From Camelus ferus (taxonomy: Eukaryota): 64,000 nucleotides of DNA. Position 1 is the first letter of the stretch. Each line of letters begins with the position of its first letter. Both the position numbers and the translations under genes were made by a program. Positions 62,253 through 64,000 of the stretch are shown piece by piece. The stretch is from the NCBI RefSeq assembly GCF_009834535.1, contig NC_045697.1, positions 69,876,001-69,940,000 of the forward strand. Direction: 5' to 3'. Below the pieces are notes generated by a model that was given only the letters and a program-made list of their open reading frames with translations, ran no database searches and was not told the origin of the DNA.

Positions 62253-62822
62253 TTATTTTTTAATGGAAGAATTGTTGATTTACAATAGTGGGTTAGTTTC
62301 TGGTGTACAGTATAGTGATTCAGTTATACATCCATATATATATTCTTTCTCATTATAGGTTATTACAAGGCATTGAATATAGTTCCCTGTGCTCTACGGT
62401 AGGACCTTGTTTACCTGTTCTGTATATATATTACTGTATATAGTAATTTGTATCTGCAAACCTCGAACTCCCAATTTATCCCCCCTCTCCCCCACGTCCC
62501 CCTTTGGTAACCATAAGTTTGTTATCTATGTCTCTGAGTCTCTTTCTGTTTTGTAAATAATTTTATTTGTGCAATTTTTTGAAAGATTCCACAAATAAGT
62601 GATATCATATGGTACTTGTCTTTCTCTGACTTACTTCACTTAGTATGATCATCTCTAGGTCCATCTATGTTGCTGCAAATGGCATTATTTCATTCTTTTT
62701 TATGGCTGAGTAGTATTCCTTTGTATATAAATACCACAGCTTCTTTATCCAGTCATCTGTTGATGGACATTTAGGTTGCTTCCATGTCTTGACTATTGTA
62801 AATAGTGCTGATATGAACATTA
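62253..62822 (-). mobile_element. 5'-truncated L1 3'UTR inserted in a MIR, with degenerate TSD gcaaa(g/a)ccca(cg/ta)ctctt
   Basis: tgttgatttacaat..ttcctttgtatataaataccaca..tgtaaatagtgctg; flanking MIR sequence resumes after the insertion. Confidence 0.85.
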
Positions 62823-64000
62823 GCAAAACCCATACTCTTGCTCACTGTGTTTTACCATCCCTCTGCTGCATAAATAAGCACCTAAGAAATCTTCTTTCAT
62901 GGGAAACCACTTGCTTCTAAACTAAGAATGTGCTGTCCCTGTGTGCCATCTTACAAGGAATAAGTGACTTGGTGCAGAGGAGGTACCACAGACACCCAAT
63001 AAATGCTTGTTGAATTAATTAATCATTATTTTATAATGGTATATCTTGCAGTGTGGCATGCCTGAAAACTTTAGCTGCATATTAATGATTTTACATCTTC
63101 AGATTTTAGAATTCTTTCTTAATAACTTTAAAGAACTTTACTCTTAAGACAAGGGTCAGATTAGAAGCTACGTAGATAACAAATATAAACAACCAAAATG
63201 AATATGCTTACTCTGTGAGATGCACTTCTTTTTTCCATCTTTCCTCCCTTCACAAGTTTTCATTTTTATCAAGTCATTTTCTGAATGTCATAAAGAAATG
63301 TGTAACGTCATTACAATTACAGAGAGTAACAGCATGATGTAAGGCGACAAATCACTTTTTTTAGTGAACTCTATTAAAATATATCACTTTTCAGAGGTAA
63401 CTACCAGTAAGAGAGGGCATACTGAAAAAAAAAAAATCTAGGGGTGACCGAGTGTGGAGAAGCCACATTGGGATCTGAGGCTGCCCGCGTCTGGGAAGAA
63501 CTGCGGGATGTGGTAAGTATGGCCTTAAGGGATGTGGCCAATGGAGGGCTTGGGTTGAGTAGAAAGTTTGTAGTCGGGATGGGGCTAATGATCTAGGGGG
63601 GAAAGGCTGAGTTATCTGGAAGCCTGTTGGGAAAAGTTCAGATTCAGTTTACATGGAGGAATAGGGGAAAAATTTTGTTGTGATTGGCAAACAGTGCCTC
63701 AACGATTCAAACATCCTCGATGAATCAAACATTCCAGATCTTTTTCTTGAAAGACTTCATGCTCCTTGTCATCAAAGTTTTGAAAGCAAGAATACAATTT
63801 TTACCACTGAAATATAAAAAAGGGGACAGCAGTGCATTAGGCTTCTGGAACAATATTTAGGTAGTATTGCATTACGATATGGACAAAATAAGGCTGTATT
63901 ATTTTCCAGGCCTCTTTGTAGATGCTTTTAAAATAGACCAGCTAATCTCAAAAACAGCCCAGTGTACTAAATAGTATTATTCTCATTTTACAGATGAGGA

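Overview
This is mammalian genomic DNA, not prokaryotic, from the alcohol dehydrogenase (ADH) gene cluster. It is very probably camelid, judging by two Vic-1-type tRNA-derived SINEs. Two ADH loci lie on the minus strand. (1) An apparently intact class I ADH gene has exons 1-6 at 8163..337 with canonical sizes (18/102/139/88/220/261 nt) and GT-AG junctions; exons 7-9 lie off the left edge. (2) About 30 kb upstream is a decayed class IV ADH7 pseudogene (exon 1 at 51025 to exon 9 at about 38395). Its lesions include a broken exon 2 acceptor, GHE->GHA, two structural-zinc Cys->Tyr changes, a 4-nt deletion in exon 5, apparent loss of exons 6-7, frameshifts and a lost donor in exon 8, and a scrambled exon 9. 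The rest is intergenic or intronic DNA rich in L1, L2, MIR, MaLR/ERV LTRs, Tigger/MER elements and microsatellites. It also holds candidate CTCF and liver-enhancer motifs and two L1 inversion structures. I found no evidence for a wholly new biological system. Comparisons with human ADH and repeat consensus sequences are from memory and need alignment.
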